DNA of 52,779 nucleotides from Candidatus Bathyarchaeia archaeon (GTDB lineage Archaea; Thermoproteota; Bathyarchaeia; Bathyarchaeales; Bathycorpusculaceae). Location of the stretch: positions 1 through 52,779 of the forward strand of contig JBEKBM010000022.1 of the NCBI GenBank assembly GCA_050015395.1. The letters are read 5' to 3'. The notes under the pieces are model-generated. The model searched no databases and was not told the origin of the DNA. It saw only the letters and a list, made by a program, of their open reading frames with translations. Of this stretch, positions 26,442-35,977 are shown one piece after another (position 1 is the first letter of the stretch; each line of letters opens with the position of its first letter). The position numbers and the translations under genes were made by a program.

Positions 26442-27418
26442 GTTTGATTCAACCATGATTTAATGTCCTTGGCAAAGTAGGTTATGATTAGGTCGGCGCC
26501 TGCACGTTTAATGCCTGTTAAGATTTCGCGGATTACGGTTTTTTCGTCTATCCACCCGTTTTGGGCTGAAGCTTTTACCATCGAGTATTCGCCGCTGACG
26601 TTGTACGCGACAATGGGCACGTTAAAGTTTGCTTTCGCAAGACTAATAATGTCCAAGTAAGCTAAAGCGGGTTTAACCATAATCATGTCTGCGCCCTCGT
26701 TAAGGTCTAACTCCATCTCACGCAAAGCCTCCTCTGAGCTTCCGTAACTCATCTGGTAACTTTTGCGGTTCCCAAACTTCGGCGTAGATTCCGCTGCCTC
26801 CCTGAATGGACCGTAAAAGGCTGAAGCGTACTTTGCTGAGTAAGCCATAATCGGCACTTGCTCAAAACCAGCATCATCTAATGCTTCTCGTAAAGCGCCG
26901 ACTTGACCGTCCATCATGGCTGAAGGCGCCACAATATCCATGCCCGCTTCTGCTTGGCTAACAGCAACTTTACCGAGAACATCAAGGGTCTGATCGTTTA
27001 AGACTTCGCTGCCTTTAATTAAGCCGCAGTGCCCATGGCTCATGTACTCGCATAGGCAGACATCACCGATAACCACAAGTTCTTCTCCGAAAGCCTTTTT
27101 TAATTCGCGAGTTGCCTTTTGAACAACCCCCTCTTTAGCAAAAGCGCTTGTACCTACTTCATCTTTTTTTGCTGGAATGCCAAAGAGAAGCACGCTTTTG
27201 ACGCCCTGCGCTAACGCTTGCTTTCCCTCATCTACGACTTGAGCAATTGGCAGTTTGCTGTATCCCGGCATTGCCTCGATGGGCACGGGTTTTTTGATGT
27301 TCTCATCAACGAAGATTGGGTAGATTAGGTTGCTTGGCTGCAGGTTAACTTGGTTTAGCATGTCTCGCATGGCTGCAGTCCTGCGTAGTCTTCTCATTCT
27401 AACTGTTGGAAAACTCAA
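26438..27418 (-). CDS. hemB: Porphobilinogen synthase (Zn-type)
   Basis: DVCLCEYMSHGHCG, MVKPAL, AYNVSGEY. Confidence 0.97.
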   Translation of the reverse strand: MSFPTVRMRRLRRTAAMRDMLNQVNLQPSNLIYPIFVDENIKKPVPIEAMPGYSKLPIAQVVDEGKQALAQGVKSVLLFGIPAKKDEVGTSAFAKEGVVQKATRELKKAFGEELVVIGDVCLCEYMSHGHCGLIKGSEVLNDQTLDVLGKVAVSQAEAGMDIVAPSAMMDGQVGALREALDDAGFEQVPIMAYSAKYASAFYGPFREAAESTPKFGNRKSYQMSYGSSEEALREMELDLNEGADMIMVKPALAYLDIISLAKANFNVPIVAYNVSGEYSMVKASAQNGWIDEKTVIREILTGIKRAGADLIITYFAKDIKSWLNQT

Positions 27419-27419
27419 C

Positions 27420-28073
27420 TTAATGTGCCTCCTTTTTTTGTAAGAGTTTCATGGCTATTTCTTGAGCCTCAAGAAGCTTTCCTTCTTTTAAAACTTGTTT
27501 AATGTTATCGTTATTAAGTATCTCGTATAACATTTTGCTTCTAACCTTCGGATCAGGTACCTGCTCTTTGAGGAACCTGCGTACATGTGCTTGCAGTTGA
27601 ATTTCAAGTAAATCCTCAGGAGTTATCATTTGCTCTATCCTTTCTCTTAGCACCCTAGCCATGGCTGGACTTTTTCCCGAAGTGGAAACTGCAATCTTTA
27701 CCTCACCAACTCGCGCGACAGCAGGCAATATGAAATCGCTCAAGGTCGGGTTATCAACTGAGTAAACCATGCACCCCGCAGACTTTGCTGCTTTAACTAG
27801 CTCAAGGTTAAGTTTAGGCTCGTTCGTAACTGCCAAAAGTATATCTGGCTTAGGATTCAGGCTGTTAACGAAAGCCTCTGCATCTTGAATTTCAGTCTTA
27901 ACCAAAGCAACTTTTTTTGCTTCATTTAATTTTTGGATGCCGCTTGAGAAGGCTTTACTTATAACCCAGATTTTTGCGCCTGAATCAACAAAGCTTTGGG
28001 TTTTTCGGTAGCCCTCCGAGCCTCCGCCGACTACTATAATGGTTTTTCCGTCAAGTTTGAGGTCTATGAGCAA
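27420..28073 (-). CDS. sirC: Precorrin-2 dehydrogenase (SirC / CysG N-terminal-like)
   Basis: IVVGGG, VDNP..SDFILPA, AVSTSGKSP. Confidence 0.88.
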   Translation of the reverse strand: MLIDLKLDGKTIIVVGGGSEGYRKTQSFVDSGAKIWVISKAFSSGIQKLNEAKKVALVKTEIQDAEAFVNSLNPKPDILLAVTNEPKLNLELVKAAKSAGCMVYSVDNPTLSDFILPAVARVGEVKIAVSTSGKSPAMARVLRERIEQMITPEDLLEIQLQAHVRRFLKEQVPDPKVRSKMLYEILNNDNIKQVLKEGKLLEAQEIAMKLLQKKEAH

Positions 28074-29683
28074 TTTTGTGTTTTGCCACCTTCGGAAGCG
28101 TTAAGCTTATAGTTGGTTAGTAAATTTTTGAATTTTTCCATAAATGCTCCATAATCAATTTGGTTTAGCTTTGGAGCGTCTGCAATTCTTATTAGAGCAT
28201 CCAAGTTTATGTATTGTTCTACTGCTTCGATAGCTTGGGCTCCGAACTCTTCATATTTTATCTCGATCTCCGGTATCATGCCTCTTCCTTCCACCTCCAT
28301 TCGCGGCACAATACCTAGCAGTTCTACGCCTGCGTTTTCGAAGGCGCGTTTCATGGTCAGCTTGATTTCGTCGGTTAGGTAGCTTATGCGCGCTTTGTTT
28401 AGAATTACACCGGTTATTTTTACTCCGAGGCTTCTGAGAATATTCACGTAATTAAGCGTGTTAATCAATGCGCCTTCTATGCCCTCTTTATCACAGCTAA
28501 CCACAACAATGGTGGATGCGCCTAGAGCCGCTGCAACTTCAACTGTTGACGTAGGTCGCACAACTTTATCATTTAACAGTCCTGTGAAAGCACTCATAGC
28601 TCCTTCAACAAGGAGAAAATCATGATTTTGGCTGGCTTCCCCCACTGCTTCAGCTAAAGGTTTCCAGCCGCTTTCCCCAATTTTAATCGACGAGTAACCC
28701 TTAATCGGCTCTTTAATGAGGTAAAGTGCAGGCACGGCATCTCGTATATCTCCGCCAACTTTAATGACTCCAACTTTGAAGCCTCTCTTTTTTAATGCAC
28801 CAGCGATTCCCGCTACGAGAAAAGTTTTTCCTGAACCACTGCCTGTCGCCGTCACCAACAGTAAACGTGGCGTTTTTTGGTTGACTGTGCCTTGCTGATG
28901 GATGTTGGTTGAGATTCCGACTTCGCATTTAATTCGCTCCAAAAGTTTAGCGTTTGCACTTCGAACTGCTTCGAGCTCGACTTCGTTGATGTTTAACGAT
29001 TTAGTGATGCTTTGGATGATAGTTGGATTCTGGTCCAGTAGTGCATGTATGAAGACGCCTACCACGTTGCCTTCTTTGTTGGCTACTCCTGAAACCAAAT
29101 CTTGGGGGTCGTTATGGTAGTTGACGCGTTTTGCGTGTGAAACAAGTATTGTTTTCGTGTCTTTGTGAAGTATGATTTTGCCGTATGTGTGGCAGTGGAA
29201 GCCTGAAACTTCTTTGCCAATTTCGCCTGTGATGAAACTTTTATCAGTTATAGTGGCGCTCACTCGGTCAGTGCAGATTAATGGCTTAAACTCTGCGTCT
29301 AACAGGCCTAATCCTTCTTTAGTTATGGGGACTGTTGATAGGCGTCCTACGTCGGTTTCTTTTGCAAGTATTTGGAAGCCTGAGCAGATTCCAAGCACGA
29401 ATTTGCCGCTATCAGCCATTTTCATTATTTCCCCTGCTACTTTCTTGTTAATGCTTTGTGATTCAACGAGGCTTCCGCCTGGGATAATTATCATGTCCAA
29501 AATTTCAGAAGCGGGCTTGCCATCCACAAGCGCATCAGAGCAAACTAGGTCGGTTGGCAAGTTTCCGAAGTCTTCGAAGCATGGAAGCGCCCCTGGAACG
29601 TAAACCAAACCGATTCTGCGTCGTAAAATCGTCCCAAGTTGCCCCCATCGCGTATTTAGGTAAAGCTTATATTTAAGCCGCAT
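28064..29683 (-). CDS. CobB/CobQ-like amidotransferase with reversed domain order (GATase first, P-loop synthetase second)
   Basis: N-terminal IIPGGS, LGICSGFQ, GVFIH. C-terminal ATGSGSGKT, LLVEGAM, GVILNK. True start probably near 29641. Confidence 0.8.
   Translation of the reverse strand: MRLKYKLYLNTRWGQLGTILRRRIGLVYVPGALPCFEDFGNLPTDLVCSDALVDGKPASEILDMIIIPGGSLVESQSINKKVAGEIMKMADSGKFVLGICSGFQILAKETDVGRLSTVPITKEGLGLLDAEFKPLICTDRVSATITDKSFITGEIGKEVSGFHCHTYGKIILHKDTKTILVSHAKRVNYHNDPQDLVSGVANKEGNVVGVFIHALLDQNPTIIQSITKSLNINEVELEAVRSANAKLLERIKCEVGISTNIHQQGTVNQKTPRLLLVTATGSGSGKTFLVAGIAGALKKRGFKVGVIKVGGDIRDAVPALYLIKEPIKGYSSIKIGESGWKPLAEAVGEASQNHDFLLVEGAMSAFTGLLNDKVVRPTSTVEVAAALGASTIVVVSCDKEGIEGALINTLNYVNILRSLGVKITGVILNKARISYLTDEIKLTMKRAFENAGVELLGIVPRMEVEGRGMIPEIEIKYEEFGAQAIEAVEQYINLDALIRIADAPKLNQIDYGAFMEKFKNLLTNYKLNASEGGKTQNCS
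29663..29680. promoter_or_regulatory. Putative bidirectional TATA element
   Basis: gctta-tatt-taagc inverted arrangement lies in the very short gap between the divergent operons. Confidence 0.45.
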
Positions 29684-30983
29684 GGTTTATCCAACCATGC
29701 ATTCCTCGGCGAAGATAGACCACGTCATCAACGTTAGAATAACGTATAAAACAGCCCACGTGCCGTTAATGGAGGCTGTAGCGTTTAAAGACAAGGAAAA
29801 GGCGCTTGCCGAGATTCGTTCCATTGAAAACGTGGAAGAATGCTTAATCCTTCAGACATGTAACCGCATCGAAATCTATGCTGTTACTGAAGATGGAAAA
29901 AATACCCTTAATTTGGTTAAGGATTATTGGGTGAAAAGAGCCATGGCGCACGCTGAGGAAGCATCTAACGCCATGGAAACTTCAATGGACAACGAGGCTT
30001 TCAATCACCTCTTACGAGTTACTTCAGGCTTAGAATCAATGGTTATAGGCGAAGATCAAGTTCTCAATCAAGTCTGGAACGCTTACTTAGAAGCGGAAAA
30101 CGCCAAAACAGTCGGTCCAATCCTAAAGCACCTGTTTAATCGTGCAATGACCGTTGGCAGGCGCGTCAGAAACGAAACAGGCATCAACAAAGGCGCCGTG
30201 TCAATTGGTTCAGCAGCAGTTGAATTAGCCGTCACTTTACTGGGCAATTTGGAAGATAAGAAAATATTGGTTATGGGCGCTGGAGAAATAGGAACCCTTG
30301 TCGCCAAAGCCTTAGCCCGACGCTGCCTAAGTCCAATCTTTATTGCTAATAGAACCCATGACCGGGCGGTAAAATTAGCTGAAGACCTCTCGGGAAAAGC
30401 AGTAAAGTTCGATCAGTTTGAAGAAGTGCTCGTTGACGCTGACGTAGTAATTTGCTCAACTGCAGCACCGCATTACTTGTTAACCAAAGAAATGGTCTCA
30501 AGATTAATGAAACAACGCACAAACAACAATGACCTTGTAATAATTGATATCTCAAATCCGCGCAACGTTGAAAAAACCGTGCAGGAAGTTGCAAGAACAA
30601 AACTCTACAATATTGATGATTTGCAGTTAATCGCCGACAAGAACAAGCAAGAACGAGAAAAAAGCATTGAGAAAGCAGTTAAAATCTTAGATAAGGAAAT
30701 TGTTATTCTTAATCAGGATATGAAAAGCTTCTCGGTTCGCCTGATCGTTTCTTCGTTGCTTTCCCATGCTGAAGAAGTCCGACAAAAAGAACTTGCAACC
30801 GCTCTAAGCATGATAGGTGATGTGGATGAGAGAGAGCGGGAAATTCTTGATGATTTAACTTCTATTTTGCTGAAACAAACATTTGTGCCGATTGTTGAAA
30901 ACTTGCGGTTAGCCGCCAAAAACGGTGACGCACAACTAATCGATTTGGCAGTTAAATTGTTTGAAAAAACGGAGAAAAACTGA
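29682..30983 (+). CDS. hemA: Glutamyl-tRNA reductase
   Basis: QTCNRIEIY, GLESMVIGEDQVLNQV, GAGEIG, IDISNPRNV. Confidence 0.97.
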   Translation: MVYPTMHSSAKIDHVINVRITYKTAHVPLMEAVAFKDKEKALAEIRSIENVEECLILQTCNRIEIYAVTEDGKNTLNLVKDYWVKRAMAHAEEASNAMETSMDNEAFNHLLRVTSGLESMVIGEDQVLNQVWNAYLEAENAKTVGPILKHLFNRAMTVGRRVRNETGINKGAVSIGSAAVELAVTLLGNLEDKKILVMGAGEIGTLVAKALARRCLSPIFIANRTHDRAVKLAEDLSGKAVKFDQFEEVLVDADVVICSTAAPHYLLTKEMVSRLMKQRTNNNDLVIIDISNPRNVEKTVQEVARTKLYNIDDLQLIADKNKQEREKSIEKAVKILDKEIVILNQDMKSFSVRLIVSSLLSHAEEVRQKELATALSMIGDVDEREREILDDLTSILLKQTFVPIVENLRLAAKNGDAQLIDLAVKLFEKTEKN

Positions 30984-30999
30984 TTTGGCAAAGGTAGCG

Positions 31000-32073
31000 T
31001 TGGATAAAGTTGGTTTAATTCTGATCGGGCATGGAAGCAGACTGCCCCATAACCGAGAAAACCTCGAAAAGTTAGCTGAAATCTTGCGTAAACGATCTGA
31101 GTTTAAGATTGTGGAAATAGCCTTTATGATTAGGAACACGCCAACCATACCTCAAGCAATAGATACACTTGCTAAGAAGGGTGTATCACAAATCGTATTG
31201 GTCCCCGTGTTCCTCGCAGCTGGCGTGCATACTACACAAGAGATTCCTGAACTCATAGACGTGAAAGACAAGGAATCCCAGCTCTCTGCAACGGGAATCC
31301 AACTGTTTTATGGAGAACCCATAGGTCCAGACGAATGCATTGCAGTAATTCTGGCTGAAAAAGCGCTAAAGGCGCTAGGTCAAAAAGGCGCAGAACACCA
31401 ACACGCCTCCTTTAGCACAAACGCAAATGTAAAGCCAAAGGCGCCTGCCAGCTCAAACAAGATATATGACGCCAGCATGAAACTTATCCGTCCCGAAATC
31501 AAGGACACTTTAGCAAAAGCACCCAAAAATCACGTCCCAATAATCGAACGCGTCGTTCACACTACCGCTGACCCTGAATTTGCCAAGCTTTTGGTCATAA
31601 GTGACAAAGCCGTCGATGCAGGAATAGCCGCCATTAAAGCAGGCGCAAAAATAGTCACCGACGTAAAAATGATTAAAGCTGGCATAAACGAGGCAAGAGT
31701 GAAAAGGTATGGTGGAGAAATCCTCACCTACATAGACGATGCCCGAGCTACCGAAATGGCTAACGATGAGTCGATTACAAGGTCCACTGCGGCTATGCGT
31801 CTAGCTGTTGAAGACGGATTAGACGGTGCCATAATCTTGATTGGAAATGCGCCTACAGCCGCGTTTGAGTTGGCAAGAGCAGTGGAGGCGGGAAAGGCGA
31901 AGCCGGCATTAATCGTAGCCACCGAAGTAGGTTACGTCGGCGCAGCAGAATCAAAAGAAGTAATCGCGAAACTGCCAATACCATTCATCACGGTGAAGGG
32001 TCGCAAAGGCGGCAGCACGATTGCAGTAGCAATCTTCAACGCTTTGCTTTCTATGGCTGAAGCCAAGCCTTAA
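31000..32073 (+). CDS. cbiXC: CbiX(short)-CbiC fusion: cobaltochelatase + cobalt-precorrin-8 methylmutase
   Basis: N-terminal LIGHGSR...PVFLAAGVHTTQEIP. C-terminal RVVHTTAD, IGNAPTA, GRKGGS. TTG at 31000 preferred. Confidence 0.88.
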   Translation: MDKVGLILIGHGSRLPHNRENLEKLAEILRKRSEFKIVEIAFMIRNTPTIPQAIDTLAKKGVSQIVLVPVFLAAGVHTTQEIPELIDVKDKESQLSATGIQLFYGEPIGPDECIAVILAEKALKALGQKGAEHQHASFSTNANVKPKAPASSNKIYDASMKLIRPEIKDTLAKAPKNHVPIIERVVHTTADPEFAKLLVISDKAVDAGIAAIKAGAKIVTDVKMIKAGINEARVKRYGGEILTYIDDARATEMANDESITRSTAAMRLAVEDGLDGAIILIGNAPTAAFELARAVEAGKAKPALIVATEVGYVGAAESKEVIAKLPIPFITVKGRKGGSTIAVAIFNALLSMAEAKP

Positions 32074-32086
32074 CGGTGGCATCTTT

Positions 32087-33187
32087 ATGGCAAGGTTTTT
32101 GAAGTACGGCATAACAACAGGCGCATCCGCGGCAGCAGCGTCAAAAGCTGCTTTGATAGCCTTGCTTGAGAAGCCTGTTGACCGAGTGGTTATTCCTACT
32201 CCTATTGGTCTGCGTTTTGAAGTGCCTGTGAAATCCAGCAGGAAACTCGCCGCTGACACGGCAGAGGCTGTAGTCGTAAAGGATGCTGGCGAAGACATTG
32301 ATGCCACCGACAAAATGGAAATAACTGCAACAGTGAAACTAACTGGCGACGGCAAAGTCACAATTAAAAGCGGCAAAGGCATTGGAAAAGTTACAAAGCC
32401 AGGGTTGCAAGTGCCAATCGGCGAGTTAGCGATTAACCCAGTGCCAAGAAGCATGATAACCGCAGCAGTCAAAGAAGTATTGCCCGCTGGGAGAGGCGTT
32501 GAAGTAACAATTACTGCGCCTGAAGGAGAAAAAATCGCCAAGAAAACAATGAATGCAAAGCTGGGTATTGTTGGCGGAGTATCCATTTTGGGCACAACAG
32601 GCGTGGTAAAACCGCTGTCTTTGGAAGCGTGCAGGCGCTCGCTGGTTCCCCAAATTGATGTCGCCTTAGCATGTGGCTACAAGCGAATTTTCTTTGTCCC
32701 GGGGAACATTGGAGAAAGAATTGCTAAGCAGCAGTTTAATGCGCCTGAGGATGCGATAGTTCAAACTGGCGACTTTGTCGGTTATATGCTTGATAAAGCC
32801 GTGGAAAAAGGTGTTAAAGAAATCATTGTTCTGGGTCACTCTGGGAAATTGGTGAAGTTGGCGGCTAATATTTTCAATACGCACCATAAAGTAGGGGATG
32901 CACGCAACGAAGTTATCGCTTCTTACGCCGGCGCTGTTGGAGCCGACACCAAGACTATTAACGCTTTATTGCAGGCTAACACTTCCGATGAAAGTTCAGA
33001 AATCTTAAAGCAAGCCAACCTGTTGGAAGCTACTTATGACAGGATTGCCCGACGGGTTAGTCAGCGAGTAAGCGACAGAGTAGAAAATAAAATTAAGATA
33101 AGCGTGGTAATTGTTTCTATGGATGGCAAAGTCCTTGGAATGGACGAGAACGCTAGGTGCAACAAACCTTGGCTAAACTTAACATAG
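32087..33187 (+). CDS. cbiD: Cobalt-precorrin-5B C1-methyltransferase
   Basis: GITTGASAAAA, KDAGEDIDAT, LGIVGGVSILGTTG. Confidence 0.96.
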   Translation: MARFLKYGITTGASAAAASKAALIALLEKPVDRVVIPTPIGLRFEVPVKSSRKLAADTAEAVVVKDAGEDIDATDKMEITATVKLTGDGKVTIKSGKGIGKVTKPGLQVPIGELAINPVPRSMITAAVKEVLPAGRGVEVTITAPEGEKIAKKTMNAKLGIVGGVSILGTTGVVKPLSLEACRRSLVPQIDVALACGYKRIFFVPGNIGERIAKQQFNAPEDAIVQTGDFVGYMLDKAVEKGVKEIIVLGHSGKLVKLAANIFNTHHKVGDARNEVIASYAGAVGADTKTINALLQANTSDESSEILKQANLLEATYDRIARRVSQRVSDRVENKIKISVVIVSMDGKVLGMDENARCNKPWLNLT

Positions 33188-33843
33188 TCGGCGTCGGACC
33201 AGGTTCACCTGATTACGTGACGCCTGCAGCAAGAAAAACCGTGCAGCAAGCTAAGGTTGTTATTGGCGCCCAAAGAAGCCTAAACCTATTCACGGCGGAC
33301 ATTAAAGGCGAAACGATGGTTTTAACCGCTAAAAACTTAAACAACGCTCTCAAGTTTGCGGTTGAATCAGCCGAGAAAGGCAAGAACGTTGCTTTACTGT
33401 CTACGGGCGACCCAGGCTTCTCAGGGCTTCTGGGGACAGTTTTAAAGAGTAATTTGGTCAAAGCCGTGGAAATCAACGTTGTTCCAGGCGTAAGCTCAAT
33501 TCAAACCTGCGCTGCCAGATTAGGCATAAGCTGGGATGACGCGTGCTTGTTTACTTTCCATGAAGGCAACGTAAGCACCGAGGAAAAAAACAAGTTATTA
33601 TCATGCCTTAAAAAAGGAAGAGAAGCTATACTCCTTCCAGATTCACGAGCGTTTCCCCCAAGCGAAATCGCAAGTTTCCTCCTTAAAGCTGGATTAGATA
33701 AGGAAACGCCTGTTTTTGTCTGTGAGAATTTAACGTTGGATGATGAGAGAGTTACTTCCAGCAGTTTAAAGCAAGTTTCTGAGCAAGCTTTCGAGTCTTT
33801 ATGCGTAATGGTTATCAAAGCAAACCGCAAAGTAAAAGGATAA
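33157..33843 (+). CDS. cbiE: Cobalt-precorrin-7 C5-methyltransferase
   Basis: VGVGPGSPDY, STGDPGFSG, PGVSS, CENLT. Confidence 0.92.
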   Translation: MQQTLAKLNIVGVGPGSPDYVTPAARKTVQQAKVVIGAQRSLNLFTADIKGETMVLTAKNLNNALKFAVESAEKGKNVALLSTGDPGFSGLLGTVLKSNLVKAVEINVVPGVSSIQTCAARLGISWDDACLFTFHEGNVSTEEKNKLLSCLKKGREAILLPDSRAFPPSEIASFLLKAGLDKETPVFVCENLTLDDERVTSSSLKQVSEQAFESLCVMVIKANRKVKG

Positions 33844-33853
33844 GTTGATGTGA

Positions 33854-34456
33854 ATGGATAAAATTTGGGCTTATAAGACTCCGGGCATACCAGACGAACT
33901 GTTTAACCAAAACGATGAGGTACCTGGGCCAACCAAAGAGGAAATTCGGGTTCTAACCATTTCTAAAGCTCGCTTATGCGAAGGCTCCATTGTTATCGAT
34001 GTTGGTTGTGGCACAGGTGGCTTAACGGTTGAGGCTGCTCTTCAAGTGGCGCCAAAGGGTAAAGTCTATGCCATTGATGAGGACCCGGCAGCTATTACGT
34101 TAACTGAGAGTAATGTAGAAAAGTTCGGGGTTCAAGATAACGTTATGATTGTACGTGGTAGCGCGCCAGAAGCGCTGCTGAGCCTTCCAAAGGCGGATGC
34201 TGTCCTGATAGGGGGGAGTGTTTCCTTGAGGGAAGTACTGCGTGCATCTAAGGATAAGCTGAAGGCAAACGGCAGAATAGTCATAAACGCAATACTGCTG
34301 GAGACGGCTTACACGGCAGTTGATGAACTGAAAAAGTTGGGCTTCAAAGACGTTGATGTCGCGCTGGTTTCAGTGGCAAAGGGAAAGCAAATAAACTCCG
34401 GCACCATGATGATGGCAAGAAATCCAATAACTATAGTGTCAGCTTCAAAACCATGA
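33854..34456 (+). CDS. cbiT: Cobalt-precorrin-6B C15-methyltransferase (decarboxylating)
   Basis: GIPDELF, TKEEIR, DVGCGTG, NAILLET, ARNPI. Confidence 0.95.
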   Translation: MDKIWAYKTPGIPDELFNQNDEVPGPTKEEIRVLTISKARLCEGSIVIDVGCGTGGLTVEAALQVAPKGKVYAIDEDPAAITLTESNVEKFGVQDNVMIVRGSAPEALLSLPKADAVLIGGSVSLREVLRASKDKLKANGRIVINAILLETAYTAVDELKKLGFKDVDVALVSVAKGKQINSGTMMMARNPITIVSASKP

Positions 34457-34466
34457 GGGAGAGAAT

Positions 34467-35216
34467 TTGGCGGGCAGATTCATTGGGATTGGCGTAGGTC
34501 CAGGCGACCCAGAACTAATCACGCTAAAAGCGGTAAAAGCCTTGCAATCGGCAGATATAGTTTGTATTCCAAAATCTCATGCTAACAAGCCAAGTTTAGC
34601 CTATACAATGGTTAAGGGTATTTTAGAGGAGCGCAAGAAAGCGCCTGAGATTCTTGAGTTAATTTTCCCCATGACTAAAGATGAGCTTGGTAACAAGGCG
34701 TTATGGATTAAAAACGCTGGCATAATAGCCGACAAAGCGGCAGGTGGCAAAGTGGTTGCTTTCATAACTTTGGGCGACCCCATGTTTTACAGCACTTTCA
34801 TTTACCTTTATCAAAGCCTAAAGGAAGAATACCCGAAGCTCACTCTTGAAATAATTCCGGGCGTAACATCAATGACGGCTTGTGCTGCAAGCGCTAAGAT
34901 ACCGCTCGCTGAGAAAGAGGAAGTTGTCTCTGTTATCGCCTCAGACCTTGACCCTAAAGCAGTCGAAGAAACCGCTAAACACGCGGATAACTTGGTTTTC
35001 ATAAAATGTGCCCATCGACTGAAAGAGTTGATTCCCATAGTTGAGCGGTCAGGTTTCAACGCAAACTCCACAATCGCTCTAGTGCGAAGATGCACCATGC
35101 CTGAAGAAGAAGTCCTAATCGGCAAACTCAGTGATGTGCAAAACTGGGATATATGCGACGACTACTTTTCCGTAGCGATAATTAAAAAGCGCGTGTTCAA
35201 AAGTGATAAGACATGA
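34467..35216 (+). CDS. cbiL: Cobalt-factor II C20-methyltransferase
   Basis: GVGPGDPELITLKA, FPMTKD, LGDPMFYSTF. Confidence 0.93.
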   Translation: MAGRFIGIGVGPGDPELITLKAVKALQSADIVCIPKSHANKPSLAYTMVKGILEERKKAPEILELIFPMTKDELGNKALWIKNAGIIADKAAGGKVVAFITLGDPMFYSTFIYLYQSLKEEYPKLTLEIIPGVTSMTACAASAKIPLAEKEEVVSVIASDLDPKAVEETAKHADNLVFIKCAHRLKELIPIVERSGFNANSTIALVRRCTMPEEEVLIGKLSDVQNWDICDDYFSVAIIKKRVFKSDKT

Positions 35217-35977
35217 GTAAAGTAGTTTTTATCGGCGCAGGCCCCGGAGACCCCGAGCTCATTACTCTCAAAGGTAAACGGTACTTAGAACAAGCTGACG
35301 TGGTAATTTACGCTGGTTCACTGTTGAACCCCAAAATCCTCAATTACGCTAAGCCAAGCGCCCGGCTTTATGACAGCGCCAAAATGAGCCTGCCAGAAGC
35401 CCTAAAAGTCATGATTGAAGCTGCTAAGGCAGGTAAGCTGGTTGCAAGAGTACATGACGGCGACCCAAGCTTCTACGGAGCCATCCAAGAACAAATGGAC
35501 GCTCTAGACAAGGAAAAAATAGAGTACTTCCGAATTCCAGGCGTAAGCTGCTTGCAAGGCGGCGCCGGAGCACTAAACCGCGAATTAACCCTGCCTAACA
35601 TTACCCAAACCGTTATTATAACACGACCCGAAGGCAGAACTCCAGTGCCAGAAGCCGAAACCATCAGCAAACTCGCTGCGCACCAAGCAACAATGGTCAT
35701 ATTCTTGGGCACTCCGCATATAGCTCGTGTTGTGGAGGAGCTTGTGAAGGGCGGTTACCCGAAAGACACTCCGGCATCAGTGGTGTATAAGGCGACGTGG
35801 CCTGAGCAAAAAATCGTGAAGGGCACATTAAACGACATAGTCGCAAAGGTTAAAGCGGCTGGCATAACCGAGACAGCGTTGATTTTTGTCGGAAAAGTTC
35901 TCAACCCGCAAGCGTATGATTTATCAAAGCTTTATGACCCAAAGTTTACTACGAGTTTCCGTAAAGGCGAAGAGTGA
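35213..35977 (+). CDS. cbiF: Cobalt-precorrin-4 C11-methyltransferase
   Basis: YAGSL, HDGDPSFYGAIQEQ, QTVIITR, KATWP. Confidence 0.95.
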   Translation: MSKVVFIGAGPGDPELITLKGKRYLEQADVVIYAGSLLNPKILNYAKPSARLYDSAKMSLPEALKVMIEAAKAGKLVARVHDGDPSFYGAIQEQMDALDKEKIEYFRIPGVSCLQGGAGALNRELTLPNITQTVIITRPEGRTPVPEAETISKLAAHQATMVIFLGTPHIARVVEELVKGGYPKDTPASVVYKATWPEQKIVKGTLNDIVAKVKAAGITETALIFVGKVLNPQAYDLSKLYDPKFTTSFRKGEE

